DNA of 62,880 bases, counting the filler, from Candidatus Fermentibacterota bacterium (GTDB lineage Bacteria > JAFGKV01), in NCBI GenBank assembly GCA_016928395.1. It is 7 parts of 7 records of this genome, joined end to end, with 100 filler letters (N's around TTAATTAATTAA, not from the genome) between each part and the next. Parts side by side here need not be neighbours in the genome. Positions count along the whole stretch, not along the records: positions 1 to 15,408 come from JAFGKV010000084.1; positions 15,509 to 18,841 come from JAFGKV010000086.1; positions 18,942 to 27,740 come from JAFGKV010000087.1; 4 more parts are not named here. One strand, given 5' to 3'. Below are positions 10,001-19,680 of this stretch, one piece after another (positions within the stretch are counted from its first letter, which is position 1; each line of letters starts with the position of its first letter). The notes under the pieces are model-generated. The model had not been told where the DNA came from. It searched no databases and saw only the letters and a program-made list of their open reading frames with translations. A program made the translations under genes and the position numbers.

Positions 10001-10207
10001 CCATCCCTCCTCGTGCACTCAGCACACAGGTTCACAAGAACATCGGTATTCGACCGCGCCGCGTCATCCCGGGCGGTTGGATTGCTCGCTCGATAGGGCC
10101 GGGGAATCTTGGGCCTTTTCGTTTTCTTCGCCACCCCTAAGGCGCCTCAGGAGCGCACACAGGGAGTCGGCCGATCGAGCCGCGACACGAAGGGTGACTC
10201 GCCTCAA

Positions 10208-10462
10208 TCAGTTCCCACACGGGGGCTTGTCGCACCGCTCCTGTCTGCCGCAGCAGGTTGAGCCCGTCTGTTGCAGCGAACACGCCGTGTTCCCGCGCCC
10301 GCGTTCGTCTGCTTGGCCAAAGAGGATACCTCCTCCTCCACTTATGATTCGGCGTACCTCCTTCCCACACACCGGACATACACTCAGCGGCGCATCAGTC
10401 ATGCCTTGGCGTTGTTCGAAGCGGTGCCCGCACACGGTGCACTCGTACTCATAGGTTGGCAT
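10208..10462 (-). CDS. FmdB family zinc-ribbon protein
   Basis: MPTYEYECTVCGHRFE..CPVCG with a Cys-rich tail. Confidence 0.9.
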   Translation of the reverse strand: MPTYEYECTVCGHRFEQRQGMTDAPLSVCPVCGKEVRRIISGGGGILFGQADERGRGNTACSLQQTGSTCCGRQERCDKPPCGN

Positions 10463-10659
10463 GGGCTACCTCCGTGCTATGCACAACGCAGCGGTTGAAC
10501 CCACCCGCCGGCAAAAGGATCCCGCGCGGCCCTTGTAGGCGCACCGTGACCAGGTTACGCGCATCGGCTACCGAAGCATCACGGTTCGGCGCGCGGCGCG
10601 GCAGACCCACCCGCAGATGGTGCACTTTGGCTCACCGTGTCTTGACTCGAAGCTTCCGC

Positions 10660-11019
10660 CTACCAGTGACTCTCTACATCGGCGCCCTCAGCTTCATGCA
10701 GCCTCCCCAGCTTGAGCGCCTCCAAGGCCTCGCCAACTGTCGGCAGGTCGGCATTGTAGACGACCACGCCGGCAGCCTGGAGCACACGGAAGGCTTTTGG
10801 GCCGCAGTGACCGGTAATGAGCGCATCTGCCCCGGCCTGGGCCACGAATTGTGCGGCCTGCACACCGGCGCCCTGCGCTGCCTGCAGGTTCTGGGCATTG
10901 TCCAACACGGTGAATTCGCCACTCTCCGTGTCGTAGACCAGGAACTTGGGGGCGCGGCCGAACCGGGTGTCCAACGGTGCATCCAAGGTGTCGCCAGAGG
11001 TGGTACAGGCAACTCTCAT
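10660..11019 (-). CDS. NifB/NifX family protein (orange protein-like)
   Basis: DTRFGRA, AAQGAGVQAA, ITGHCGPKAF and C-terminal DVESHW. Confidence 0.9.
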   Translation of the reverse strand: MRVACTTSGDTLDAPLDTRFGRAPKFLVYDTESGEFTVLDNAQNLQAAQGAGVQAAQFVAQAGADALITGHCGPKAFRVLQAAGVVVYNADLPTVGEALEALKLGRLHEAEGADVESHW

Positions 11020-11043
11020 AAGTATCTCCTTGGCAGGGGAGCA

Positions 11044-11083
11044 CATGCGGCTTCCCACGGCAGATGCCGTGGGAAGCCGCATG
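11044..11083. terminator. Perfect intergenic hairpin (attenuator or mRNA stabiliser)
   Basis: CATGCGGCTTCCCACGGCA-ga-TGCCGTGGGAAGCCGCATG; no U-tract. Confidence 0.6.
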
Positions 11084-11099
11084 CGGGGGGGCAGAAGCT

Positions 11100-11486
11100 C
11101 TACTCGTTGGCGGCCTTTGCCTCCAGCTCTTCCAGGCGCTTCCTCAAGAACTCCAGCTCCGACTGCAGCGCCTCAGCCTGGCTTCTGAGCGCCTGCTTCT
11201 CAAACTCAGGGTCCGGCATCTGAGGGGCCGGATACCCATAGGGCGCAGGATACCCGACACCCCATCCCTGGGCTGCAGGCACTCCGTACGGCAGGCGGCC
11301 CCATCCGGCGCCGAATCCTCGACCTCGACCAAATCCCCGGCCGAAGCCCCGGCCAAACCCTCTGCCGTATCCCCAGCCCATTGCTGGGTTCGCGTACCCG
11401 GGCATGGTGTTACCCGAGCAATACCCGGCGCCGCGGCCGGTCATCGGTCCTGCTCCAAACGGTCCAGTGCGATCTCCGCCTGGCAT
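11100..11486 (-). CDS. DUF5320 family protein
   Basis: MPGGDRTGP.G.GPMTGRGAGYC, GRG repeats and a C-terminal coiled coil. Confidence 0.9.
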   Translation of the reverse strand: MPGGDRTGPFGAGPMTGRGAGYCSGNTMPGYANPAMGWGYGRGFGRGFGRGFGRGRGFGAGWGRLPYGVPAAQGWGVGYPAPYGYPAPQMPDPEFEKQALRSQAEALQSELEFLRKRLEELEAKAANE

Positions 11487-11505
11487 TATGCACCTCCTTC
11501 GTGAA

Positions 11506-12084
11506 CTATTCCCGTGTCAAGGGAAGCCCGCATTTCGGGCATTGGCTCTGATTGCACGGAACCCCACGTTCATGAGGCTCCCTGTGTCCGCATTGTGGGC
11601 ATACGCAGAAGCCGCCCGGGCCACCCGCGAACTGGCCGCCCATTCGGCCACGCCCACCACCCTGAAGATTGCCGCCCCGCCCATCCGCACTTTGCATGAT
11701 TCCTCCTTCCCGCCGGCCGAGACCCCGCGTGCGGCCATGGCGTCTTCCCCTGCCGCATCCCGGCATGGCATACGCCTCGGCACCCAGAGTACGGTCAAGC
11801 CAGGCCTGCACTACCTCGGCCAAAGTCCCCGTCACGAACGGGGATACATGGATGCCGTAGGCGGCCACCATGGTACGAAGGGGATACGAGATCGCTCCGC
11901 ACACCAGTTCATTCACGGCGAGTTCCGCCAGTCTGATGGCTTTGCCGGCAGGCGAATCCAACGGCAGTGTCGTCCGTATCTCGGCTACTATCCGCCCTGC
12001 GGTCGCGTCGACGACGTGGATATGGCCGGCCGTGTCGAACACCGGCGCGATGCGCTCATTCCAGACTGCAAAACCGGCTCGCAT
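11506..12084 (-). CDS. NifB/NifX family protein with a Gly/Arg linker and C-terminal zinc ribbon
   Basis: RIAPVFD, LVCGAIS, MPGCG, then CVCPQCG..H.RGVPC...CPKCG. Confidence 0.85.
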   Translation of the reverse strand: MRAGFAVWNERIAPVFDTAGHIHVVDATAGRIVAEIRTTLPLDSPAGKAIRLAELAVNELVCGAISYPLRTMVAAYGIHVSPFVTGTLAEVVQAWLDRTLGAEAYAMPGCGRGRRHGRTRGLGRREGGIMQSADGRGGNLQGGGRGRMGGQFAGGPGGFCVCPQCGHREPHERGVPCNQSQCPKCGLPLTRE

Positions 12085-12117
12085 GGCGGTCCCTTTCTGT
12101 TGTTGTCATTCTTCTCT

Positions 12118-12133
12118 TGCACGAAGCGTGCCG
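12118..12133 (-). promoter_or_regulatory. sigma54 (-24/-12) promoter of the NifX cluster
   Basis: Minus strand cGGCACGCTTCGTGCA: GG-N10-GC, about 35 nt upstream of ATG 12084, next to a sigma54 activator gene. Confidence 0.75.
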
Positions 12134-12218
12134 TCGGGGTGTCTTGTCGTTCAGTTGAGGGAATCACTTTGAGGGGCAATGGTTACAACTGGCACACAGA
12201 GAGCAAGGGTAAGCATGG

Positions 12219-12272
12219 GTAGTCGCGTATGTGCGACCTACTTGAGCCAAAGTAGTCGCATAGGAAAGACTA
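12219..12272. promoter_or_regulatory. Two palindromic upstream activator sites
   Basis: GTAGTCGCgtatgtGCGACCTA and GTAGTCGCataggaaaGACTA, 33 bp apart and 90-140 bp upstream of the sigma54 box. Confidence 0.6.
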
Positions 12273-13643
12273 TCTATCCAGAGGTGTCGAGCTTCGGGGA
12301 GGAAGCGTGATGCCGAGACGCTTGAGTTTTCTGAACAGAGTGCTCTTATGAATGCCCAGGTCCTTGGCGGCGGCGAGACGGTGGTACCCGTGTCGTTCCA
12401 GGGTGCGGCGGATGATCTGTGCTTCCACCGAATCACGCGTCGCCTTCATGGACTGAGACTGCGGCACACCGCCGTGGCCAAGAAAATCGCCCGGCAGATG
12501 TTCCATGTCGATGGGGCCCTCGCCGCAGAGGACGAATGCCCTCTCGACGATGTTCTCCAGTTCCCTGACATTGCCTGGCCAGTCATGGGCCATGAGCAAC
12601 GAGAGCGCCTCAGGGCTGATGCCGGTCACTGTGCGCTTCTGCACGCGGTTGAAGCGCGCGATGAACTGATCGACCAGAAGAGGGATGTCTTCCTTTCGCC
12701 GACGAAGGGGAGGAAGCTCGATGCGTACGACATTGACCCGGTAATACAGGTCTTCGCGAAACTCCCCGGTGCGGACCAACGCTGCGAGATCCGCATTGGT
12801 CGCCACAACTATCCGTGCATCGGTGCGCTCGGAACGGGTCGCCCCCAAGGGTTCATACACTTTCTCCTGCAGGACGCGCAGCAGGCGCACTTGTAGCGCG
12901 GGGCTGACGTGGCCGATCTCATCGAGGAACAGCGTACCGCCAGTGGCCAGGGCGAAGCGGCCCGGCTTGTTCTTGGCGGCGCCGGTAAAGGCCCCAGCCT
13001 TGTACCCGAAAAGCTCCGATTCAAGGAGCGTGTCGGGCAGAGCGCCGCAATTGACCGCAACGAAGGGACCATTGCGCCTGGGGCTCAAGGTATGGATCGT
13101 CCGCGCGACGACCTCCTTGCCCGTACCCGTCTCCCCGAGAATGAGTACGGTGCTGGGGCTGGCTGCCACGGCCGGTAGCACCTCGAAGACCCGGCGCATG
13201 AGGGGGCTGTGGCTCACCAGATCCCCGACGCGGGTTCGGCCTTCCAACTCGTGGCGTAATGCCTCGATCTCGCTCAAGTCCCTGAATGTCTCCGCGCCGC
13301 CGATGACGTTGCCCCCACCGTCGCGCAGGGCGGCGGCGGACACGCTGATGGGAATGCGTTGCCCCTCAGCATCCACTATGTAGCCGGTCTGGCCAACCAC
13401 CGGCTTTCCGCTAATCAGGGAGCGTCTGAGCGCACACTCCGACTCGCACATGCTGGAACGGAACACGTCGGAGCAAATCCTGCCGATGGCCTCGCGCCGG
13501 GGAATTCCGGTGATCTCTTCTGCGGCGCGGTTGAAGGAGGTGACGACCCAGTCCAAATCCACGGTGAAGACCCCATCGGAGATGCTCTCAAGAATCGCCT
13601 CGGTCGGCGTCAGGGGTGTTGACCGTGAAGCTCGTCTCGGCAT
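12270..13643 (-). CDS. orpR: PAS-domain sigma54-dependent activator (OrpR-like)
   Basis: PAS with C-x8-C-x3-C, GETGTGKE, GAFTGA, WPGNVREL and a Fis HTH; gene context matches orange-protein clusters. Confidence 0.85.
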   Translation of the reverse strand: MPRRASRSTPLTPTEAILESISDGVFTVDLDWVVTSFNRAAEEITGIPRREAIGRICSDVFRSSMCESECALRRSLISGKPVVGQTGYIVDAEGQRIPISVSAAALRDGGGNVIGGAETFRDLSEIEALRHELEGRTRVGDLVSHSPLMRRVFEVLPAVAASPSTVLILGETGTGKEVVARTIHTLSPRRNGPFVAVNCGALPDTLLESELFGYKAGAFTGAAKNKPGRFALATGGTLFLDEIGHVSPALQVRLLRVLQEKVYEPLGATRSERTDARIVVATNADLAALVRTGEFREDLYYRVNVVRIELPPLRRRKEDIPLLVDQFIARFNRVQKRTVTGISPEALSLLMAHDWPGNVRELENIVERAFVLCGEGPIDMEHLPGDFLGHGGVPQSQSMKATRDSVEAQIIRRTLERHGYHRLAAAKDLGIHKSTLFRKLKRLGITLPPRSSTPLDR

Positions 13644-13686
13644 GATGCTCTTGCCTGGGCGCGGCGTCCTCTCAGCATTTCGTGGG

Positions 13687-14580
13687 CTAGACTCGGGGCG
13701 TGATGCCCAGAATCACCGCCAGGTTGGCATTGCGATCCAGGTGTGCCTCGATCTTGCCGGGCTCCTTCGTCGTGAGGAGGGTAGTGACGCCGGGGCCATG
13801 GCCGGAGGTGAAGCAGTCGGAATGCACGACGATGCCGATGGAGACTGCGCCCTGCTTGTAGATCCGGCCGTAGGTGTGATCGGTGTCCAGGACGGCCACG
13901 ATGTCGCCGAAGCGCAAATCCGCCAGACCGAACTCCTTCACGGTCTGCTCATCGAAAAGCTGGATATCGTAGTCACCCGTCCAGGTCTGCTCCGAGCCGA
14001 GGCCCGAACCCATGATCTTGCCCGGCACCATCTTGGCCACCCCGACGTGCAACGCCCCGTTCTCTTCCTCGACAGGCAGCTTGCCCAGCAGCCCGGGGTC
14101 GAGGCTTCGGACCGCGACTTGGGGATGATCCAGCAGACGCAAACCTTGCCCGTAGGCCTTGACCAGGATCTTATCGTCAATCAGGAGCTTCTCCAGCGTC
14201 TCGGGCGCGAAGTCGATGAGCACGTGCTCGATGCCGCCATGCTTGCCCGTGATGACTCCCCGGGCGCCCTTGGCGTCCCCTGCGGCGACGATGGCCTCGT
14301 TTCCTATGCACGCCAGGGCGTTGTAGGCCCGGTTGTAGGCATCGGGAGAACCCTCGCGCTTCTCCGTATTCCAGGTCGATACGCCCGGCTCCACGTGATC
14401 AGCCGCCAGGCCGACGCACACATCACCGATGCGCTTGTTGTAGGTGATTCCTCCGACACCGGGCAGCAGCAACACTTCGCCGTCGTGGGCCAGCACGTAG
14501 GGCCGGGCGCCTTTCACCGGATGCGATACCTTCCCCATCACCGACATCATGATCAGATCCTGTGTATTCGTTCGAAGCAT
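13687..14580 (-). CDS. DUF4438 family protein
   Basis: PGVGGITYN, DHVEPGVS, ACIGN, GKHGG, GDYDIQ, SGHGPG. Confidence 0.85.
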   Translation of the reverse strand: MLRTNTQDLIMMSVMGKVSHPVKGARPYVLAHDGEVLLLPGVGGITYNKRIGDVCVGLAADHVEPGVSTWNTEKREGSPDAYNRAYNALACIGNEAIVAAGDAKGARGVITGKHGGIEHVLIDFAPETLEKLLIDDKILVKAYGQGLRLLDHPQVAVRSLDPGLLGKLPVEEENGALHVGVAKMVPGKIMGSGLGSEQTWTGDYDIQLFDEQTVKEFGLADLRFGDIVAVLDTDHTYGRIYKQGAVSIGIVVHSDCFTSGHGPGVTTLLTTKEPGKIEAHLDRNANLAVILGITPRV

Positions 14581-14832
14581 TCCCTCTCCTTTGGTGTTCG
14601 TTTCCAGGCACGTCGAGGCAGATCCCAGGGGCACCTCTGTACAGCAGCCAAGGAAGTCAACCCCTCGACCACGTCAAGCGTGCCTTGTCCCCGGCACTGC
14701 TACACGAAACGGCCCATGATGCGCCGCTTCCTGTCGAGATGACCTTGAGGCCTGGCGCGTGTAGTGATGGGTGTGACCACGATGCGATGCCCCACACCGG
14801 CGACGCGATTTCGGGTTCTTGCCCGATGCGCC

Positions 14833-15408
14833 TTAGGGCCGCACGATGAGAGCGGTCGTGGCCGAACTGCCTGCGGCCGTTATCCGGCAGACGTAGGCGC
14901 CGGCCGGGCAGTTGCCCGCTTCCCAACGCAGGAGATGTTCTCCGGAGGGCAGGTACCCGTGATGCAGGATCTTTACCATTCTTCCCGCGGGGGTATAGAC
15001 TGCCGCGAACACCGACAGATCCGCACCCAATCGACACGGTATGAACGACAGTGACGATGCCGGGTTCGGCCATGGCGATCCCAGCACCATCATCAAAGGC
15101 ACTTCATGGAGCCGGGCGTCATCGGCCGTTGTCGGATCGAACTGGAGAACGTACATCCCGTCATACTCATCGGCGACATACACGGTTGACCCGACCGAAA
15201 AGATTCCCTGCGCCCAGTCACCGGTATCGTAGGAGCCCACGATGCTCATGGACGCGGGATCCTGCACATCCACTACCATGAGCCCATCGAACCCATTGGC
15301 TACAAACGCAAAGTGCTCCCACACGGCGACATCCGCCGCCCAGGAACTCCCCAGTGTGCCCAACTCGGCGGGATTGGCCGGATCGCTCACGTCAACTACG
15401 CGAAGCCC
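14833..15408 (-). CDS. LVIVD-repeat secreted protein with a FlgD/T9SS-like C-terminal domain, 5' partial
   Basis: GLxVVDVxDP repeats, then PWPNP...VYTPAGRMV...GAYVCRI. Confidence 0.8.
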   Translation of the reverse strand, partial: GLRVVDVSDPANPAELGTLGSSWAADVAVWEHFAFVANGFDGLMVVDVQDPASMSIVGSYDTGDWAQGIFSVGSTVYVADEYDGMYVLQFDPTTADDARLHEVPLMMVLGSPWPNPASSLSFIPCRLGADLSVFAAVYTPAGRMVKILHHGYLPSGEHLLRWEAGNCPAGAYVCRITAAGSSATTALIVRP

Positions 15409-15508
15409 NNNNNNNNNNNNNNNNNNNNNNNNNNNNNNNNNNNNNNNNNNNNTTAATTAATTAANNNNNNNNNNNNNNNNNNNNNNNNNNNNNNNNNNNN
15501 NNNNNNNN
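15409..15508. other. Artificial contig linker
   Basis: N-run, TTAATTAATTAA, N-run. Confidence 0.98.
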
Positions 15509-16167
15509 CCACGTTCCGCCGCGATTGCCAGCGGTGCCCGCCGTGCGTCGGGATCCACATTCGTGGCATCAAACACCATTTCCAACCCCTGGGAAAGGCC
15601 TTGGCGCAACGTGTCCAAGGCGATCTGAAAGACCTCATTATTGCGGCGCTGATCGGCCATGTCGCCCGTAAGGTCTCGCCGGATATCATCCATGGAAACC
15701 ACGTGCTCCATCCGCCGCCTCCGCACCCAGTGGCTCTTCCCACTGGCGGGAATGCCCACAGGAAGCCACAGGACCCCCGTAGCGGTGCCAGCGCTCAGCG
15801 TGCACAGTTCCTCCTGGTTCAGGCGTGCCGCCCACCGGGAGTGCCCTCGTGAGAGGCCGTGTGGGCGGCCTGCCCGTGCTGCCTTCACCATCGAGCCGAT
15901 GGTTTCGCGTTCGGCGCACGAAGGGCACAGACATCGAAGCCATTCCCAGACTACCCAGAAAGAAGCATCTCCCATGGCTTCCATCGCCAGGCCCATCAAC
16001 ACTGCGACCCGCCGCACCGCCTGAGTGCAATCGTCCCCCTGGTCTATCTCGCGCAGATGAGCCTGCAACCGAAGTGCAACGATGAGTGACCAAGGTTCCA
16101 TGCGCCAGAGAGGATCGCCCACAGGCGGCGCCCGGCCTGTGACCATGATCCTGCGGATCGCACGCAC
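15509..16167 (-). CDS. AAA_33 / polynucleotide kinase-like P-loop protein, 3' partial
   Basis: GIPASGKS, SMDDIRR and FDATN. Start uncertain. Confidence 0.7.
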
Positions 16168-16290
16168 CGAAGTCGGCGCCAGAACCAGAGGGCTGGCAGG
16201 GTGGCCGGGAGACTCGCATGCTCCACGCAGGGCGCATCCACCGTGGCCTCGATCTACTCATGAGTATCGGTTCATGCTCCTTGCGCGCCA

Positions 16291-18141
16291 TCACGCACGC
16301 GCCTCGTGCACATCTTCCCACTCCGCGATGAGAGTCTCAATCCGCGCCTCCAGCTCCCGCTGTTCCCGGTTCAGTTGGACCAAAGCTTCCCATTGCGGCG
16401 CCAGCTCGGGATCCACCTGCCGGAGCTTGAGGTCTTCCACCCGCCTCTCCAGCCCCTCTATCTCCCGTTCGATGGCCCCCGGGGACCGCCTATGCTTTCG
16501 CGGCACTGTCCTCTGGTTCCCTGACGGCTGAGGCTTCCTGGTTTCGGGCCTGGCAGGCTCCCACACTCGCTCCAACGGGGGAAGTACGGATCGAACCGAA
16601 CCGTCCTCGATGACCAGCGCACGGTCAGCCACGCGAGTGATCAGCCTGCGGTCATGGGTGACCATGATGATGGTCCCCGCATAGCCGACCAAGGCATCCT
16701 CCAACCCTTCCCGGGCTTCGAGATCCAGGTGATTGGTCGGCTCGTCCAGTACGAGAACATTGGCCGGCGACAACAAGAGACAGGCCAGGGCCAGCCTGCT
16801 CCGTTCGCCTCCCGACAGGGTCTTCACCGGCTGAAAGACCCGCTCGCCCCGGAACAGAAATCGCGCCAGATAGCTCCTCCCCTGGCCGCTGGTCCAGTCG
16901 GCTCGAAGAGCCAGCACGGCGTCCAACGGCACGTCGCCCAGCAGATGAGGCTCACTTTCCTGGGGAAGATAGGCGACATCAACATTGTGTCCCCATTCCA
17001 CGTGGCCGCTCGTGAGCGCTATCCTGCCGAGAAGCGCCAGCAGTAGCGAGGTCTTCCCCGATCCGTTGGGCCCTAAGATCGCGAGACGCTGGCCCCGCTC
17101 CAACCGCAGTGCGGCACCCCGGATCACCTCAAGGCTTCCCCGTGCCACCGTGAGATCGCCGAACTCCAACACGACCCTGCCTTCCCGCCGCGAATGGGGA
17201 ACGGAAAAGGCGATCTCCTTTCGCACGGTAGGCGCATCGTCCGCGGCTCGGCTCTCCAGTTTCTCCAGGCGTTTTCGCCGGCTTTGGGCCTGCGCGTGGC
17301 GAGTGCCCGCGATATTGCGACGGATGTAATCCCGCAGGCGTTCCTTCTCTTCCTCGGCCCGTTCCCGCTCTGCCAGGATGCGTTCGCGCCGGGCCTGCCT
17401 CTGGGGAAGATAGTCCGAGTATGAACCGGGATAGAGCCTAAGGCTGAACGCATCCAGTTCGGCGATGGCGTTTGTGACCCGGTCAAGGAAGTAACGGTCA
17501 TGACTCACCACCAGGCACGAACCCTGATGGGCCACGAGGAGATCCTCCAGGAATCCCAAAGCCCACACATCCAGATGATTCGTCGGCTCGTCCAGCAGCA
17601 GGATATCCGCCTCCTGGAGCAAAACCCTCGCCAAAGCAGCCCGGCGCTGTTGACCCATGGAGAGTGTGCTGGGAAGCCGGTCCCACAGAGGACGGGGTAG
17701 CCCGAGCCCCGTGAGGTATGCTTCCGCCTTATGCCGTGCCGCATACCCGCCGGCGGATTCAAACCTACGCTGCAACACGCCATAACGTTCCACGTCTTCA
17801 TCGCGCGAATCGGCACCCAGGCATGCCTCCAGGGCATCGATCTCGCGGCGGAGCCACGCAAGATGCTCATCCGCCTCCACCACCGCCTCGACCAGCGGCC
17901 TGTCGCCCTCCCATTTCGTCTCCTGCTCCAGAAGAACCCTCCGTGACCCCCTCGTGAGGGAGATCGAACCAGATGAAGGGTCCAGCCCTCCGGCAAGAAC
18001 CTGGAGAAGCGTGGATTTCCCCGAGCCGTTGACCCCCACCAGCCCGATCCGCTTGCCCGGGGCCAAGGTCAAGTCGACCTTCTCGAACACGACTGACGCG
18101 CCATAGGCGAAGGCGAGCCCGCTCGCCAGTAGTTGGCCCAC
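16291..18141 (-). CDS. ABC-F family ATP-binding protein
   Basis: Two ABC domains (GVNGSGKS and GPNGSGKT, two DEPTNHLD), no TM segments, C-terminal coiled coil. Confidence 0.92.
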   Translation of the reverse strand: MGQLLASGLAFAYGASVVFEKVDLTLAPGKRIGLVGVNGSGKSTLLQVLAGGLDPSSGSISLTRGSRRVLLEQETKWEGDRPLVEAVVEADEHLAWLRREIDALEACLGADSRDEDVERYGVLQRRFESAGGYAARHKAEAYLTGLGLPRPLWDRLPSTLSMGQQRRAALARVLLQEADILLLDEPTNHLDVWALGFLEDLLVAHQGSCLVVSHDRYFLDRVTNAIAELDAFSLRLYPGSYSDYLPQRQARRERILAERERAEEEKERLRDYIRRNIAGTRHAQAQSRRKRLEKLESRAADDAPTVRKEIAFSVPHSRREGRVVLEFGDLTVARGSLEVIRGAALRLERGQRLAILGPNGSGKTSLLLALLGRIALTSGHVEWGHNVDVAYLPQESEPHLLGDVPLDAVLALRADWTSGQGRSYLARFLFRGERVFQPVKTLSGGERSRLALACLLLSPANVLVLDEPTNHLDLEAREGLEDALVGYAGTIIMVTHDRRLITRVADRALVIEDGSVRSVLPPLERVWEPARPETRKPQPSGNQRTVPRKHRRSPGAIEREIEGLERRVEDLKLRQVDPELAPQWEALVQLNREQRELEARIETLIAEWEDVHEARA

Positions 18142-18143
18142 GG

Positions 18144-18839
18144 CTACTCCTCCCACACGGAGCGGTAGACCTCCGCGGTACGTTCCGCCATACGGTCCGA
18201 AGAGAAGTTAGCTTCCACATGAGCACGACCGGCAGCGCCGATCCGATGCGCCCGGGGTGGATCACCCAAGAGATCGGTCAAGGCATCACCCAGCCGTTGC
18301 GGATCTTCCGGAGGCACCGTGAGGCCGACTTCATCGGTGCTGAGGAGATCGGGAACCCCGCCCACCGAGGCAGCAACCACGGGCACCCCCGCGCTCATGG
18401 CCTCCAAGGCGGCAATGGGCAGACCCTCCCCACGAGAAGGCAAGACAACAACGCTGCTCTTCTTCAGCAACGGCGCCACATGCTCCCTGAAGCCCAGAAA
18501 TCGGACGCTGTCACCGATGCCCAGGCGCCGGCTCTGCGCCCGAAGTTGTGCCTCCGTTGGCCCTTCACCCGCCAACCACGCCACGGCGCCAGAAACGCGC
18601 TCCACCACGCGGACCATGGCCTCAAGAAGAATGTCCTGCCCCTTCTCACGGCTCAGACGCCCCATGCACAGCACCACCGGGCCCGCCTCGCCCGGCAGTT
18701 CATCCTCCCCCTCTTCGGCGGCCATATCGATATCGATGCCATTGGGGATGTAGGTGACCCGGCGCCCCGTGCCCAGACTACGGCACAACGAGTGCGAGAC
18801 ACCGATCCACCGATCCGTGAGAAAGTCGGTACCGCGCAC
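18144..18839 (-). CDS. Glycosyltransferase family 4, 5' partial
   Basis: IPNGID, GRLSREKG, PSRGEGLPIAALEAM. Confidence 0.9.
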   Translation of the reverse strand: MRGTDFLTDRWIGVSHSLCRSLGTGRRVTYIPNGIDIDMAAEEGEDELPGEAGPVVLCMGRLSREKGQDILLEAMVRVVERVSGAVAWLAGEGPTEAQLRAQSRRLGIGDSVRFLGFREHVAPLLKKSSVVVLPSRGEGLPIAALEAMSAGVPVVAASVGGVPDLLSTDEVGLTVPPEDPQRLGDALTDLLGDPPRAHRIGAAGRAHVEANFSSDRMAERTAEVYRSVWEE

Positions 18840-18841
18840 CA

Positions 18842-18941
18842 NNNNNNNNNNNNNNNNNNNNNNNNNNNNNNNNNNNNNNNNNNNNTTAATTAATTAANNN
18901 NNNNNNNNNNNNNNNNNNNNNNNNNNNNNNNNNNNNNNNNN
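18842..18941. other. Artificial contig linker
   Basis: N-run, TTAATTAATTAA, N-run. Confidence 0.98.
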
Positions 18942-19237
18942 CTCTACGCCGTGCGGATCACAGGATGCGTCGTCGTGTCCCGCTTCACCGAGGACCCTGC
19001 CGCCGGCGCTGTCTCCATGGAAAGGCGCCCTTCCAACGGCCCTCCATAGCGTGCATGCGCGGGATACGTGTCATGCACTGACCGCATGCATCCCCACCCG
19101 AGCCGCCGGCGTTTCTGTTGAGTTACTTTAAAAAACAAAGTCAACGAGCATAAATACTTGAAAAAACAAAGTTCGATACGAACCGCCCGCGCCTTCCTCT
19201 TCCCTCGATGTGCGATGTTTCCCCTCCCCTTCCGAAT

Positions 19238-19296
19238 GTAGGAGCGGTGTCAACCGCGAACGCAACCCTTCGCGCCTGACGGCGCTCCTTACTACA
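19238..19296. repeat. Inverted REP doublet (REPIN-like)
   Basis: GTAGGAGCGGTGTCAACCGCGAA followed by inverted TTCGCGCCTGACGGCGCTCCT(tac)TAC. Confidence 0.8.
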
Positions 19297-19431
19297 GTGC
19301 ATGGGCCGTGCACCCGCGCCGCTAGGTCGGCTCACGATGGCAATTCCGACCACTGCGCTCCTTCTCCCGTTCCCTTTCGCCGTTCGATGTTGAATGCTCG
19401 ATGTTGAATGTTGAATGTTCAACGTTCTCTT

Positions 19432-19464
19432 CCCCCTTTCGCAAAGGGGGACCGAGGGGGATTT
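19432..19464. repeat. 33-bp palindromic element, intergenic copy
   Basis: CCCCCTTTCGCAAAGGGGGACCGAGGGGGATTT, preceded by TTGAATG-type heptamers. Confidence 0.8.
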
Positions 19465-19680
19465 CAGTCCTCTTGCCCATGCAGGAAAACCGCCTCCCCG
19501 TTCGTTCTAGTAGTCGTACGGTGGTGGCCGTCCGTGCGCCCGAGGGAATAGTAGACGCGCACGGCCTGGGTTCCTTTATTGATAGATCTAAGACATGCCG
19601 TGCGAAATGCGCGGCACATCCGGGCTACGCGAATTCTCGCGCGGCTCCGGTGGGGTACTCTCTGGGAGAGGAGGTTGTGC

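Noticed and set aside
8338-12084. Nitrogen fixation inferred from NifX/NifU-like domains
   Set aside because: No nifHDK or nifEN; these families are common in non-diazotrophic anaerobes.
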